Assembly (NCBI GenBank): GCA_963718615.1
Contig: OY970368.1
Coordinates: forward strand, 1,856,001-1,920,000
From: an uncultured cyanobacterium
GTDB lineage: Bacteria; Cyanobacteriota; Cyanobacteriia; PCC-9006; JAAUQQ01
DNA: 64,000 nucleotides
Direction of reading: 5' to 3'
Shown piece after piece: positions 1-10,662 of this stretch. The translations under genes were made by a program, and so were the position numbers. The notes under the pieces were generated by a model. It had not been told where the DNA came from. It ran no database searches and saw nothing but the letters and a program-made list of their open reading frames with translations. The first letter of the stretch is position 1. Each line of letters starts with the position of its first letter.

Positions 1-559
1 CGAAAAGCTGGATGCAGGTGTTCACTATCTCTATTCCGCTAGTCCTGATGGATTTCTCGGCAATGGTGTGGGTGACAACCAATTGCTTTCGCCCTTTGCA
101 CCGGCAACGACTGGATTTACAACTGGATTTACAACCCATGCCGTTGGCGGTTCGCTAAACTGGCGCGTTACGCCTAGATGGACCGTAGGCGGGTGGGGCG
201 GGTGGACGCGCTCAACGCCGACGCGCTTGTCCGGTGTGGTTGAAACGACGAATTGGATGGCCTATACGACGATTTCAGATGTATTTCAGTCAGGCGGGAT
301 GGCCGGTTTGTTGGTTGGGCAACCGCCTCGCATTACGTCGAGTACCTTGCCGGCGGGATTTAATTTTCCAAAATTTAGCGACGGGGGAGAGGCCGGGGGA
401 CGGGAAGGGCGATCGCTCCATCTCGAAACCTTTTACCGCGCTCCCATTACCCCTAATCTTAGCGTCACCCCAGGGCTAATTGTTGTTTTGAATCCCAACC
501 ATAATCCGTCTAATGAAACGTTGGTTGTGGGTGCATTACGAACAACCTTGCGATTTTGA
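1..559 (+). CDS. Carbohydrate-selective/iron-uptake porin (OprB-like), C-terminal part; gene starts before the window
   Basis: Cyanobacterial porin C-terminus: GLLVGQPP, HLETFYR, ITPNLSVTPGLIVVLNPNH, terminal GALRTTLRF. Confidence 0.85.
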   Translation, partial: EKLDAGVHYLYSASPDGFLGNGVGDNQLLSPFAPATTGFTTGFTTHAVGGSLNWRVTPRWTVGGWGGWTRSTPTRLSGVVETTNWMAYTTISDVFQSGGMAGLLVGQPPRITSSTLPAGFNFPKFSDGGEAGGREGRSLHLETFYRAPITPNLSVTPGLIVVLNPNHNPSNETLVVGALRTTLRF

Positions 560-570
560 ATTGACGACAT

Positions 571-1650
571 TTGAAATTACGAGAAATACACAACTTGAGT
601 TTTGCGTTTATGCGTTATTTAATATTCGGATTGTCCGTGGGATTTGGACTGGGACTGGGATTGGGATCGGGATTAGATCCGGCGATCGCCCAAATCACCC
701 TCAACAGCAGCGGTATCGTCTCCGGTACCGTAGTCCCCCCCAGCAAAAACCCCAATTTTAATCGGGGAACTACGCGCATCAATACCAATGACCAAGGGCA
801 ATACTTTCGCCAAGGGAACTGGGTTTATACCGCACCGGATCCCAACTTGGTACGGATGGATGCCAATGGCCAATATTTTGTTGATTTTCGCGGGATTCCT
901 GTGGTTGGCATTGCCGGAAGTTTAACGTCCCCCATTTTGTCGGAGGGGGACTTGGTATCGCGCCAATGCTGTGATCATAACGGCCAAGTCTTGTTCTTTG
1001 GAACGATTCAGGATGAATTTGTTGTGCGGGGATTTTACGCCGGAATTGCGACAGATCCAAAGACGGGCCAGCAATATCAGGGCACCTTCGAATTTCGTGG
1101 CCAAGGCCCCCGCTACAGCGACAAAACCGGCGGCACCAGCCCCACCGTCTTTGATTTTCAATCCCACTACAACTTCCAAGCTGACCCCCAACTCCCCCCC
1201 CAACCCACCGTCTTCAGCCACACCTTTGAAGGGATGCCCGTCAAGCTCACCGTCATCATTCCCCAAGGACTAGACCCGATTTCGCCGCCCCCGGTTACCC
1301 CCCCTCCCGTTACCCCCCCTCCGGTAATACCTCCGGTAACGCCGCTAGTCACCCCCCCGCCAGTCACCCCTTCCCCAGTAACCGTAACCCCGCCTTCCCT
1401 CCCCCCAAGCCCCATCCTCACTCAACTTCCCCTCACCCCCACCCCCTCACCCCCCACCCCATCGCCTAACCTTCCCTTACCCACCCCCTCCTCATCTCCA
1501 CCCAACCCAACCCCCGAAATCAACGCTATCGTAGGAGCGATCGCGACAGAAAACAGCACCGCTATCAGCCGAGTTGTCCTCGAAGATCATGCCCATGGTC
1601 TTTCGCCCAGCAATCGCATCGGTCCCCGCAGTCGCGTCATGCTCTGGTAA
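571..1650 (+). CDS. Secreted hypothetical protein with Pro/Thr-rich C-terminal region
   Basis: Hydrophobic N-terminus ending AIA-Q, then PPPVT repeats; start may be the ATG near 610. Confidence 0.6.
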   Translation: MKLREIHNLSFAFMRYLIFGLSVGFGLGLGLGSGLDPAIAQITLNSSGIVSGTVVPPSKNPNFNRGTTRINTNDQGQYFRQGNWVYTAPDPNLVRMDANGQYFVDFRGIPVVGIAGSLTSPILSEGDLVSRQCCDHNGQVLFFGTIQDEFVVRGFYAGIATDPKTGQQYQGTFEFRGQGPRYSDKTGGTSPTVFDFQSHYNFQADPQLPPQPTVFSHTFEGMPVKLTVIIPQGLDPISPPPVTPPPVTPPPVIPPVTPLVTPPPVTPSPVTVTPPSLPPSPILTQLPLTPTPSPPTPSPNLPLPTPSSSPPNPTPEINAIVGAIATENSTAISRVVLEDHAHGLSPSNRIGPRSRVMLW

Positions 1651-1672
1651 TTTTCCCTATGTTCGATTTCGC

Positions 1673-2497
1673 ATGAATGCTTGGTTCACAGGTCCGCTTA
1701 CGGTTGAACGGTTGCAGGTGGCGATCGCAGATTTACCCCTGCGGCTGCGGGGGTTGCGCATTATCCAGCTCTCGGATTTTCATTACGATGGCGTGCAGTT
1801 GTCGTCGGAGATGCTGGAGGAGGCGATCGCGATCGCCAATCAACAATCCCCCGATCTAGTCTGTCTGACCGGGGACTATGTCACCACAGAGCCCGAACCC
1901 GCCTATCGGCTTGCCACTCAGCTCAAGGCCATCCGCAGCACCTATGGCACCTATGCCGTTTTGGGCAACCACGATTTGTTGCGTAGTCGCTCCAAGGCGG
2001 TGATTACCCAAGCGTTAACGCAAGCAGGGATTCGGGTGTTGTGGAATGAACGGGTTTATCCCGCTGGACCGGGCCTGGTGCTGGTGGGGTTGCCGGATTT
2101 TCGATCCCGTCGGTTCCATCCTGAAAAAGTCTTGGATGATCTGGATCCCCAAATGCCTCGGTTGGTGTTGAGTCATAATCCGGACAGCGCAGCGGTCCTC
2201 AAACGCTGGCGGGTGGATCTACAACTCTCGGGTCATACCCATGGGGGGCAAATCTGCATTCCTGGTATTGGTCCATTACCCAAAGTGATTATTAAGTCGA
2301 TGCAGCAGCTTCCCCACAAGGTTCAGCGACGGGTAAAACTGGTGCGATCGTTTTCGCGAATTTTGGACCATTGGGAATGGTCGGAAGGGTTTCATCGGGT
2401 AGGGCAGAATCAGTTGTATGTGAACCGAGGTCTGGGAACTTATCCACCTGGTCGTCTATTCTGTCCACCGGAAATTACAGTAATTACATTGATTTGA
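1673..2497 (+). CDS. Metallophosphoesterase (YkuE-like, calcineurin-like)
   Basis: Motifs SDFH, TGDY, LGNHD, SHNPD, SGHTHGGQ, YVNRGLG. Confidence 0.9.
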   Translation: MNAWFTGPLTVERLQVAIADLPLRLRGLRIIQLSDFHYDGVQLSSEMLEEAIAIANQQSPDLVCLTGDYVTTEPEPAYRLATQLKAIRSTYGTYAVLGNHDLLRSRSKAVITQALTQAGIRVLWNERVYPAGPGLVLVGLPDFRSRRFHPEKVLDDLDPQMPRLVLSHNPDSAAVLKRWRVDLQLSGHTHGGQICIPGIGPLPKVIIKSMQQLPHKVQRRVKLVRSFSRILDHWEWSEGFHRVGQNQLYVNRGLGTYPPGRLFCPPEITVITLI

Positions 2498-2546
2498 GTC
2501 GGCTTCAAAGGACCCTAAAAAAGTCCTATATTCTAGGGATGTTGTT

Positions 2547-3362
2547 CTAGCTGACCAAACTGATTTTGCCGGTCTTTAGCTCATAGTAAGCCCCCACAAC
2601 TTTGAGTTGGCCTGTGCTGATAGCTTTAGCAATCACAGAGGAGTTTTTAAGTCGCTGTACTTGTAAGCGCACATTAGCTTTGATTGCGTTGGTGAGGCGA
2701 TCGCCCGATTCCTTTTCCGACGCTTTCACCGCCGGTTGAATTGCAAAAGCCAGCGATCCAATCACCCCTGGTAATTCACCTCCCTTCAAAGCCGCCGCCA
2801 CAGCGCCACAGCGCTCATGTCCCAAAACCATGAGTAATGGTGTTTGCAGCACACCGACTGCATATTCTTCACTGGCAATCTCTTCGGTAATGGCAATATT
2901 GCCTGCAACACGAACGACAAAAAGATCGCCAATCCCCTGGTCAAAAGCAATTTCTGGGACGACTCGCGAGTCTGCACAACTGAGAATGGCTGCAAAGGGA
3001 GCTTGTCCTTCGACCACTTCAGTCATGCGAGCCACATCTTGATGGGGATTGAGCCGTTTCCTGTCGACGAATCGCTGGTTTCCTGCCATCAGTTTTGCCA
3101 GGGCTTCATCAGGTGTTAACCCGTTTCCAGCCGAATTTCCAGCCGAAGTTTTGCTAGAACCAGCCGTAATGAGTGGGTCTGAGGCGGTGGGGGATGGCTG
3201 AGGTCCAAGGGGTTGAGCTAGGGCATCCGCGCCTAGCAAACCAGTGCCTAACCCACCATTACTCAACCCAGCGGTGAGGGAGCCGGTACCCACCAGCCCT
3301 GCAACGAGTTGCAACAGACTTCTACGCGACCAATGTTGCTGGTTTTGAGTGGGCTTGGTCAT
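2547..3362 (-). CDS. Beta-class carbonic anhydrase with Tat signal peptide
   Basis: CADSRV and GHERCGAV zinc motifs, GDLFVVRVAGN; N-terminal SRRSLL twin-arginine motif. Confidence 0.92.
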   Translation of the reverse strand: MTKPTQNQQHWSRRSLLQLVAGLVGTGSLTAGLSNGGLGTGLLGADALAQPLGPQPSPTASDPLITAGSSKTSAGNSAGNGLTPDEALAKLMAGNQRFVDRKRLNPHQDVARMTEVVEGQAPFAAILSCADSRVVPEIAFDQGIGDLFVVRVAGNIAITEEIASEEYAVGVLQTPLLMVLGHERCGAVAAALKGGELPGVIGSLAFAIQPAVKASEKESGDRLTNAIKANVRLQVQRLKNSSVIAKAISTGQLKVVGAYYELKTGKISLVS

Positions 3363-3407
3363 GGCAAAGACAGTGGAGTTTTGGGCCAGAGTTTTGGCAA
3401 TGGCAAA

Positions 3408-4115
3408 CTACTTGGTCAAGCCGTGCTCCAACGCATACCGCACTAACTCCGTGCGACTATTTGTGCCCGTTTTAGAAAACAGCCGACTGACATACTTCTC
3501 GACGTTGCGCACACTGGTTTCCAGCTGCTTGGCAATTTCCTTATTCATCAGGCCCTGCGCTACCAGGTCCAACACACTCTTTTCGCGGGGGGTCAGGTCA
3601 ATTTGAATCGGCGGGGGGGTCGAAGCAATGCCCCCGCTCGATTGCCCCAACACGGCTCGACGAATTTCCTCAATTTGACGCGCGAGCTCCGCCAACTGCG
3701 GCGACGATTCCCCATCCCCTCGAACCGACTCCACGGTTACGGCCCGACGTTCCATCAGGTTCGTTACGATCGCCACCAACTCATCCGGGTCAAAGGGCTT
3801 GGCCAAATAGGCATCTGCGCCAGCACTGTAGCCCTGAATGCGATCGCTCGTCATCCCCCGTGCCGTCAAAAAAACCACGGGCAGAGCCTTGAAACGCTCA
3901 TCCCCCCGCATTTGCTGCAAAAACTGATAGCCGTCGACGCGAGGCATCATTACATCACTCACCACAAGGTCAGGCGTAAACTGCTGGAGTTTTTCCCATC
4001 CCTCTTCCGCATTGCTAGCCGCTTGAACCGTGAAACCACTGTCCTCTAGGTAGGCTTGAACGGCTTCGCGCATGCCGGGTTCATCGTCAACGAGGAGAAT
4101 ATGTCCTGACGCCAT
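3408..4115 (-). CDS. NarL/LuxR-family response regulator (Ycf29/Rre1-like)
   Basis: Receiver domain (LVDDE, SDVMMP, KPF) plus LuxR HTH (LTPREKSVL..GLMNKEIA..SRTELVRYA). Confidence 0.9.
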   Translation of the reverse strand: MASGHILLVDDEPGMREAVQAYLEDSGFTVQAASNAEEGWEKLQQFTPDLVVSDVMMPRVDGYQFLQQMRGDERFKALPVVFLTARGMTSDRIQGYSAGADAYLAKPFDPDELVAIVTNLMERRAVTVESVRGDGESSPQLAELARQIEEIRRAVLGQSSGGIASTPPPIQIDLTPREKSVLDLVAQGLMNKEIAKQLETSVRNVEKYVSRLFSKTGTNSRTELVRYALEHGLTK

Positions 4116-4203
4116 GGGCTTTCATCGATCGGAGTTGCTCTCTTCAGTGTAACGGGCGGTGTCCCCTGTGTCGGTTAAATCTCCAGAATCAACTGAAATT
4201 GGC

Positions 4204-4851
4204 TCAAATCAGCAGCGGCTGCGCTTCCACCGGATGAAAACCGTCTTCCCAGGGCCAGCGACAGTCTTTGTCCTGCCAAACCATCTGCAAGACGGGATAG
4301 TCTGTGCCGCTATTAAACCAGGTCGCCCAATGCATGTATTTTGTCTTGGCGTCGGGGACACAGATTTTGAATTGGAGTTCATAGCCCCCCGTGAGGGCTT
4401 CCTGGAGCGGAGTATCGGTTTGCGGCGGCTGCCCTATGGAAATTTGATCGGCGTAAAAATTCATCAGTTGGCTCGCGATCGGAGAAGGCAGACCCGTACA
4501 AATAATTTCGGGATGCCAAAACGTATGCCAAAGCCCCACCGAATAGGTAAAGGGAGGACCCGGATCTCGGGTATCGCGACTGGCAGCAACGCTCACCAAA
4601 TGACAATTGCGATCGCCATTCAGCACATCTAAAACAACCTGTTCTTCCGGCAAATGCTTGAGCGAGGCCAGTGCTGCATTCCAAACCCCTGGCGCAATTT
4701 CATGGCCATTGGCATCTTTAAACAACTCAACGGCTTTGACATATCCCCATTTCCTGAGGAAGTTGGTGAGGAGCGTCGTGGCGGGGTAGTAGTCTTTTTG
4801 AAGCAAACGCGATCGCAAGACTTCAATATTTTCTTGACGACTGGGATACAT
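4204..4851 (-). CDS. DUF4262-domain protein
   Basis: FTYSVGLW..HPEII..GL and VLQMVWQD...WPWE pattern. Confidence 0.7.
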   Translation of the reverse strand: MYPSRQENIEVLRSRLLQKDYYPATTLLTNFLRKWGYVKAVELFKDANGHEIAPGVWNAALASLKHLPEEQVVLDVLNGDRNCHLVSVAASRDTRDPGPPFTYSVGLWHTFWHPEIICTGLPSPIASQLMNFYADQISIGQPPQTDTPLQEALTGGYELQFKICVPDAKTKYMHWATWFNSGTDYPVLQMVWQDKDCRWPWEDGFHPVEAQPLLI

Positions 4852-4978
4852 CCTCGCTAACGTCCTTGGGATTTGAAAAGCGATGTTCTAAAGCGTAGAA
4901 TTCCCAGGTGCTGCCCGAATCCAACAGCCCTAGCCGATGAAGTCCAGTCCTCTGAGGCTACTGGCGTGACAAATTACA

Positions 4979-7639
4979 TCAAGCTTCTACCTGTACGGGT
5001 CGATTGATCAACGGGAGTTGTACCACAAATCGAGTCCATTGGTCCTGACTTTTGAGCTCTACGGTGCCATTGAGCCGCTCCGTGAGTTGCTTGACGAGGG
5101 CTAGTCCCAAACCTGTACCCCCATGTTGCCAAGGGTCATGGCTGGGAATTCGATAAAAGCGTTCAAAGACTCGATTCTGCTCTTCTTGAGAAATTTCAAC
5201 CCCTGTATTGATCACCTCAAAAACGATCGCCGTATAAGCAGTCTTATCCCTTGCAGAGGGCGTTAGCGTGACCCGAAAATCGATCGCACCGCCCTTAGGG
5301 GTGTATTTACAGGCGTTGGTCAAAAGTTCCGTGAGAATTCGTTCTAAATAGGTTACATCGGTATGGAGGGGAGGCAATGTATCAGGAATTTGGACCTGAA
5401 AACTGCGTTGATGTTGGATGCGTTCCCAATAGGGGTTGACCAATCGCATGAGCCATTTGTCAGGATAGGTGAGCTCACGGATTTTAAGCGGCTCGGCATC
5501 GATTTCTAGACGAGAGAGATCTAAAAGATTGTTAATGAGCTTGCTCTCCCGCTGACACTCATCTTTGAGAATCTCAAAATATCGCTGTACTGGCGAGCTT
5601 GACTCTGCCGATCCTTCCTGCAAAACCCCTTGCTTACGAAGGCCAATTTCTAACATTTGAATGGCCATTTTCATGTTGGCAATGGGCGTGCGCAACTCAT
5701 GGGAAACCGTACTTAAAAAATCGTCTTTTAGTTGATTGAGCCTTTCTAACTCATGGACTTGGGCCTGGGCCGCTTGGTATAGACGTGCTTGACGTAGGGC
5801 GATCGCACATTGATTCGCCACTTGCTGCACCAACCGAATTTCCTGGGCGCTAAAAACCTCAGCCGCCGGTTTGACCAACCACAGATCGCCCAACACCCCC
5901 TGATCGTCCTGCATGGGACAAGCGAGCATGGCCACCGGCCCTCGGCTGGGTTCCAACTCTAAACCGCAGTGCTGGAAATATTGGCCTGCCAATAGTTGGG
6001 GATAGCCTGCAAAATTCTTCATTTGCAAGACGTGACCCTGAAGCTGTTTGGCAAAGTGAGTATATTCGTATTGAACCGTTGAAGTTTGTTCTTCGAGATT
6101 GTAAATGGCGGCGTTGCAACCCCGGACGCCAGTGGCGATCGCCAACTCCTGCACAGCGGTTTGCAAAATTTGATCCTCTTCCAGACTATCCCGCACCTTT
6201 TCAGTCAGCCGTTTAAGCGTTTCCTCAAAGCCAAAGGATTGCCGCAGCGCCAAGGTTCGCTCTTCCACTTGGGTTTCTAGACTGGCAAAGGACTGACGTA
6301 GCTGTATCAACATCTGATTGAACGATCGCCCAACCGTGGCGACTTCTCGAATGAGACTAGATTGGGGAATCTGGTGATCCAACTGGCCCTGGGCGATCGC
6401 CTGACTGGCGAGACTTAAACGCAAAATGGGCCTTGCTAAACAGCGGGCTGTGATCAGACCTAGGGCGATCGCCCCCAAAAGCGCCACGCCGGAAAGCATC
6501 AACGTCTCCTGTTTGTTGCGATTGATTTGGGCCATGAAATCCTGTTCAGGCACCACCACTAAAATCAACCAGTCAATCCCTAGCTCATCCACACAGGGCA
6601 ACACCGTAACGAACAGGTGATGATTGCCCCCGGTGAGGGAATCCAAAAATGATAGCTCTCCAGTCCCAGAACCCGGCCCAGAAACCGGCCCTAGGCGAAA
6701 ACTCAGTTGCTGAGCCCTCACCTGGGAATAGCCACCAAATTCTGCTAGGAGTTGCTGCACCGTTTGTCGAATCAACGGATCTTGGGCCTGCTCGGCGGGC
6801 AGCCGTTCGAGCTTGGCAAACCGTCCCTGGAGACCTGTTCCGGGTCGGTAAATGGGTTGGGTGGCATTGGAAGACCCCACCAGGAGCCCCTGGCGATCGA
6901 CCACAAAAACTCCCCCGTTGGGACTAATATCCAAATTCCGCAGAAATTGACCCACCACCGATAGGGCAATCCCGCTGGAAACCACACCCAAAAGCTTGCG
7001 GTCAGCGCTATACACCGGCAGGCTGGCATTGAGGGAGAGATCGGGGCGATCGCCCGTTTGAAAAATGGGACTCCAAACCAAGCCTTCCGCCTCAACCGCG
7101 CTTTGATACCAAGGGGCCTGACGGATATCCGGGGCTGAAAAAATCTGGCGAGTGGCCTGAATGTCTCCCTGAGCATTGAGTGCATATTCCGTCACTTGGC
7201 TCGGGCTGATTTGGGGATCTCGGCTGAGTAAATTGAGCCCGTCTCGACGATTGACCGCCCGCATTTCCCCCTGGGCATTGGCAACCAAAATCCCGCTGAC
7301 GGTCTCAAACTGCCTCAACTCTTGGAACAGGTGGGGCTCAATGCCCGATAGGGGTTGAATCGAAAGCTGGCCGGAGGCGATCGCCTGGGCGTTGAGCCGA
7401 CTGACCAACAATGGCGTATCTAAATAGTCCTCAAGCTTGAGTTTAACGCGATGGCCCAGCTCGTTCTGTAGTCTAAAGGCCAGCTCATTGACAGCCCGCT
7501 GCCCATTGCGCCAGGACAGCCACCCCGTCACCCCCACGGCCAAGCAAATTTGCAAGACAAAGGGCACAACCAAAATGGCTTGCAACGGAATCCCGTTTAA
7601 CCGTCGAGCGAAAAAGCGAGGGACAAAAGGAGCAGCCAC
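4979..7639 (-). CDS. Membrane sensor histidine kinase (Cache-HAMP-GAF-HisKA-HATPase)
   Basis: Two TM segments, SHELRTP H-box, NACKYT N-box, GGTGLGL G2 box. Confidence 0.92.
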   Translation of the reverse strand: MAAPFVPRFFARRLNGIPLQAILVVPFVLQICLAVGVTGWLSWRNGQRAVNELAFRLQNELGHRVKLKLEDYLDTPLLVSRLNAQAIASGQLSIQPLSGIEPHLFQELRQFETVSGILVANAQGEMRAVNRRDGLNLLSRDPQISPSQVTEYALNAQGDIQATRQIFSAPDIRQAPWYQSAVEAEGLVWSPIFQTGDRPDLSLNASLPVYSADRKLLGVVSSGIALSVVGQFLRNLDISPNGGVFVVDRQGLLVGSSNATQPIYRPGTGLQGRFAKLERLPAEQAQDPLIRQTVQQLLAEFGGYSQVRAQQLSFRLGPVSGPGSGTGELSFLDSLTGGNHHLFVTVLPCVDELGIDWLILVVVPEQDFMAQINRNKQETLMLSGVALLGAIALGLITARCLARPILRLSLASQAIAQGQLDHQIPQSSLIREVATVGRSFNQMLIQLRQSFASLETQVEERTLALRQSFGFEETLKRLTEKVRDSLEEDQILQTAVQELAIATGVRGCNAAIYNLEEQTSTVQYEYTHFAKQLQGHVLQMKNFAGYPQLLAGQYFQHCGLELEPSRGPVAMLACPMQDDQGVLGDLWLVKPAAEVFSAQEIRLVQQVANQCAIALRQARLYQAAQAQVHELERLNQLKDDFLSTVSHELRTPIANMKMAIQMLEIGLRKQGVLQEGSAESSSPVQRYFEILKDECQRESKLINNLLDLSRLEIDAEPLKIRELTYPDKWLMRLVNPYWERIQHQRSFQVQIPDTLPPLHTDVTYLERILTELLTNACKYTPKGGAIDFRVTLTPSARDKTAYTAIVFEVINTGVEISQEEQNRVFERFYRIPSHDPWQHGGTGLGLALVKQLTERLNGTVELKSQDQWTRFVVQLPLINRPVQVEA

Positions 7640-7655
7640 GGTAGATGCAAGTGTC

Positions 7656-10454
7656 CTAGGACAACGGGGTGGGTGAGGAGGTGTCTAAAGGGTCTCCTAG
7701 GGTTTCATTCTCTCCGGTGACCAGCGGATTGACAATCTCGCGGATGGGGGGGCGATCGACCAGTTGAGTGGCCCGCAGAGCATTTTTCTTGACCTCGGGA
7801 TCCAAATGGGGAACGTGGGGGATCTGGGAGAGAAAATCAAGGGTACGGCGCAGAATCCGAACCACATCGCCTTCATCCAGACTGGTGCTATCGCAAACAT
7901 TGCTCCAGGAGGCCCGCAAGCCCCAGTGTTCCACCAACCCGGTCAACTCCAGTTCTAGCCACACGGGCAGTTCCACCTGTCGCCGCTGCTGCTGTTGCAA
8001 TAGCCGACGACGCAGCCCCCGTAAGCTTTCCAGTGCATCTTCGACGGGGGCGGACATGGGATAGTCGGTCCAGACATCCGGACGGGAGACCTCGGTGGAG
8101 AGGGCTTCACAGGCGGCGGCAAAATGGTGGGGTTGGAGTCCATCCAGTTCGCCGGAAAACAGTGCGAGTCCCAGCCACAGCTCGTTATCGCCCCGTAGGG
8201 CAGAGACCGCTTCTCCCAGGGGGGTCGGCTGGATGCCCTGGAGACAATCAAAGGCTTGCAAGATTTCGATCAGGGCGAGGAACTGCTCCCAGTGGCGCTG
8301 GGTATAGCGCTCTAGCTTTTGCTGGCGATCGACCAGTTCGGCTTGGAGCGAGTCGAGCTGCCGCTGGCGTTTGAGCAGGGAGCTTTGGTTGCTCCAGCGG
8401 TGGACCGGGTGAGCTTCGAGTTGGGCTTCGACGGCTTGGGTGCGTTCGAGCTGAGCTTGGACTTCTTCCGCTTGGTTGATGGGGTCGAACTGGAGTTCTG
8501 GACGCAGGGCGAGGGTGAGGAGGCGATCGCTCACCTCCGCTGTCGATTCATCCCCTTGGCGGCCTGGACTGGGTCGGGTGGGCAAATCCGGTGGCAATGC
8601 CAAACGATCCACAGCGGTCACCCGAGGAATTTCCCCATGGATCGCGACCACATCGGCAGTGCTGGTCACATACCAGCGGTTATCTAAGCTCATGCAAACC
8701 AGATAGGGCGACTTGCCCGGTCCCGGCAGTTTGCTCACCAGGGCCGCCAAAATCGGCTCCGAAACCGGCACATTTTTCCCTTTCAAGCTCAACACCGTTC
8801 CCGCCACCGCAAAATTGAGCGAGAGCGCCATTTCTTGGGTGACCGTTTCTTCCGCCTGCTGATGCAGAATTTTGAGCAATCGCCGCTCTTCCCGCAGTCG
8901 ACCCCTTAGCTTTTCGTATTCTTGGAGCAGCGGCCAATCCACCTCCGCGAGCTGGGCCTGGAGCTGTTCAACGGTTTGGGCGAGGCGATCGATTTCCGCC
9001 TGTTGGGGTTTGAGCGTTAGCAGCGCCAGATAGCGACCAAAACTGCGCTCAACCAAATTCTGCGCTTCTTCGAGGGTGTGGGTCTGGAGCAGATTGAGCA
9101 CCATGCCGTAGCTGGGCGTAAATTGGCTGACCAAGGCATCGGCTCCCGCCGTCGCCAAATGGGCGGCTTCCTTCACCCCTTCGAACTGGCTTTGGACCGT
9201 GACGACATAGCCGCGATCGTCCATGCCCCGCCGCCCTGCCCGCCCGGCCATTTGCAAAAACTCCGAGGCTGTCAGCAGTCGATGGCCCCGATCGGTTCGT
9301 TTGGACAAACTGGAAATCACCGTGGTGCGCGCTGGCATGTTGATCCCCGCCGCCAGGGTTTCCGTGGCAAACACCACCTTGACCAAACCCAATTGGAAGA
9401 GTTCTTCCACCAATCCTTTCCAGGCCGGTAGTAACCCCGCGTGGTGGGAGGCAATGCCGCGACAAAGGGCTTCCAGTTGTTCTGGACGGGCTAGGCCCGG
9501 ATTGCGGGCTTCAAAGGCAGCCACCCGCTGCTGCAATTCCGCTGCTTCTTCGGGAGTGACCAAGGACATCTGGATGACCTGGGCGATGGCGCGATCGCAT
9601 CCCCGGCGACTAAAAATAAAATAAATCGCAGGCAGCATGTCCTTTTGTTGGAGCTGGCTGACCACAAAGGGCAAACTCGGGCTGTCTGGTTTTTCCTCTT
9701 TGCGTCGTCCCTTGAGTGGACCGCGATAGTTGCCCCGCTGGCGTCCCTTTTGCGATCGCTTAGCTTTGAAATTAGGATGAATCCCCGTCTGTTTTTCATT
9801 CAGCAGCGGAAATAGTCCTGTCGCCGTACAAAAGCCAAATTGCAACGGTACGGGTCGAAAATCCGAATAAATCAAGTCCGTGGGGCCATGGACCTGCCCA
9901 ATCCAGGCGGTGAGTTCGTCACTGTTGGCGATGGTGGCCGACAGGGCCACGAGCTGAATTAACGGCGGACAGTAAATAATCGACTCTTCCCAGACCGTGC
10001 CGCGATCGCGATCGTTCATATAGTGGCACTCATCCAGCACCACCGCTTCCACATCCTGGACCGACGTTCCCACCTGGCCAATGGGCGTGCCATAGAGCAT
10101 ATTGCGGAAAATCTCCGTCGTCATCACCAAAATCGGGGCCTCTCGATTAATCGACAGGTCTCCCGTCAAGAGCCCTACCTGGTCAGTTCCAAACTGTGCC
10201 TGAAAGTCCCGCAGCTTCTGGTTCGATAAGGCCTTGAGGGGCGTCGTATAAAACACCCGTTTGCCCCGTGCCAGCGCTCGATGAATCGCATATTCTCCAA
10301 TCAGCGTTTTACCTGAGCCCGTTGGCGCACAAACCACGACCGATCGCCCAGCATTTAGCGCATCAATCGCCTCGCGCTGAAAATCATCCAACGGAAATGG
10401 AAAGAGGGTTTCAAGATTCAGCGGACTGGAGGGGACAAAATCACTCACTGGCAA
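7656..10454 (-). CDS. Ski2/HelY-like DEAD/DEAH-box RNA helicase
   Basis: APTGSGKT, DECH, LSAT, QMAGRAGRRG, C-terminal DEGDVVR (DSHCT). Confidence 0.93.
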   Translation of the reverse strand: MPVSDFVPSSPLNLETLFPFPLDDFQREAIDALNAGRSVVVCAPTGSGKTLIGEYAIHRALARGKRVFYTTPLKALSNQKLRDFQAQFGTDQVGLLTGDLSINREAPILVMTTEIFRNMLYGTPIGQVGTSVQDVEAVVLDECHYMNDRDRGTVWEESIIYCPPLIQLVALSATIANSDELTAWIGQVHGPTDLIYSDFRPVPLQFGFCTATGLFPLLNEKQTGIHPNFKAKRSQKGRQRGNYRGPLKGRRKEEKPDSPSLPFVVSQLQQKDMLPAIYFIFSRRGCDRAIAQVIQMSLVTPEEAAELQQRVAAFEARNPGLARPEQLEALCRGIASHHAGLLPAWKGLVEELFQLGLVKVVFATETLAAGINMPARTTVISSLSKRTDRGHRLLTASEFLQMAGRAGRRGMDDRGYVVTVQSQFEGVKEAAHLATAGADALVSQFTPSYGMVLNLLQTHTLEEAQNLVERSFGRYLALLTLKPQQAEIDRLAQTVEQLQAQLAEVDWPLLQEYEKLRGRLREERRLLKILHQQAEETVTQEMALSLNFAVAGTVLSLKGKNVPVSEPILAALVSKLPGPGKSPYLVCMSLDNRWYVTSTADVVAIHGEIPRVTAVDRLALPPDLPTRPSPGRQGDESTAEVSDRLLTLALRPELQFDPINQAEEVQAQLERTQAVEAQLEAHPVHRWSNQSSLLKRQRQLDSLQAELVDRQQKLERYTQRHWEQFLALIEILQAFDCLQGIQPTPLGEAVSALRGDNELWLGLALFSGELDGLQPHHFAAACEALSTEVSRPDVWTDYPMSAPVEDALESLRGLRRRLLQQQQRRQVELPVWLELELTGLVEHWGLRASWSNVCDSTSLDEGDVVRILRRTLDFLSQIPHVPHLDPEVKKNALRATQLVDRPPIREIVNPLVTGENETLGDPLDTSSPTPLS

Positions 10455-10662
10455 GCTCAGATTTGGCGGTGAATATCAAATTCTAAGCGATTCTCCGGAG
10501 CTTGGCGAAGCCAATCCACCCTGCAATCTTGGGAAAAATCTAAATATTTCTTGCCCTAGGGAAAAGTCAGAAAAGTAAGATCTTTGTCGCCTTGAGCGTG
10601 AGGCCCTAGGGTCTAGGGGGAACTCTAGAGAGCAAACCGACCAGCGTTTCTTTTGTCTTCTC

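Noticed and set aside
1270-1520. Proline-rich tract as a ligand for the profilin
   Set aside because: The protein appears secreted, the tract is PPPVT-type linker sequence, and it lies 55 kb away; nothing links the two.
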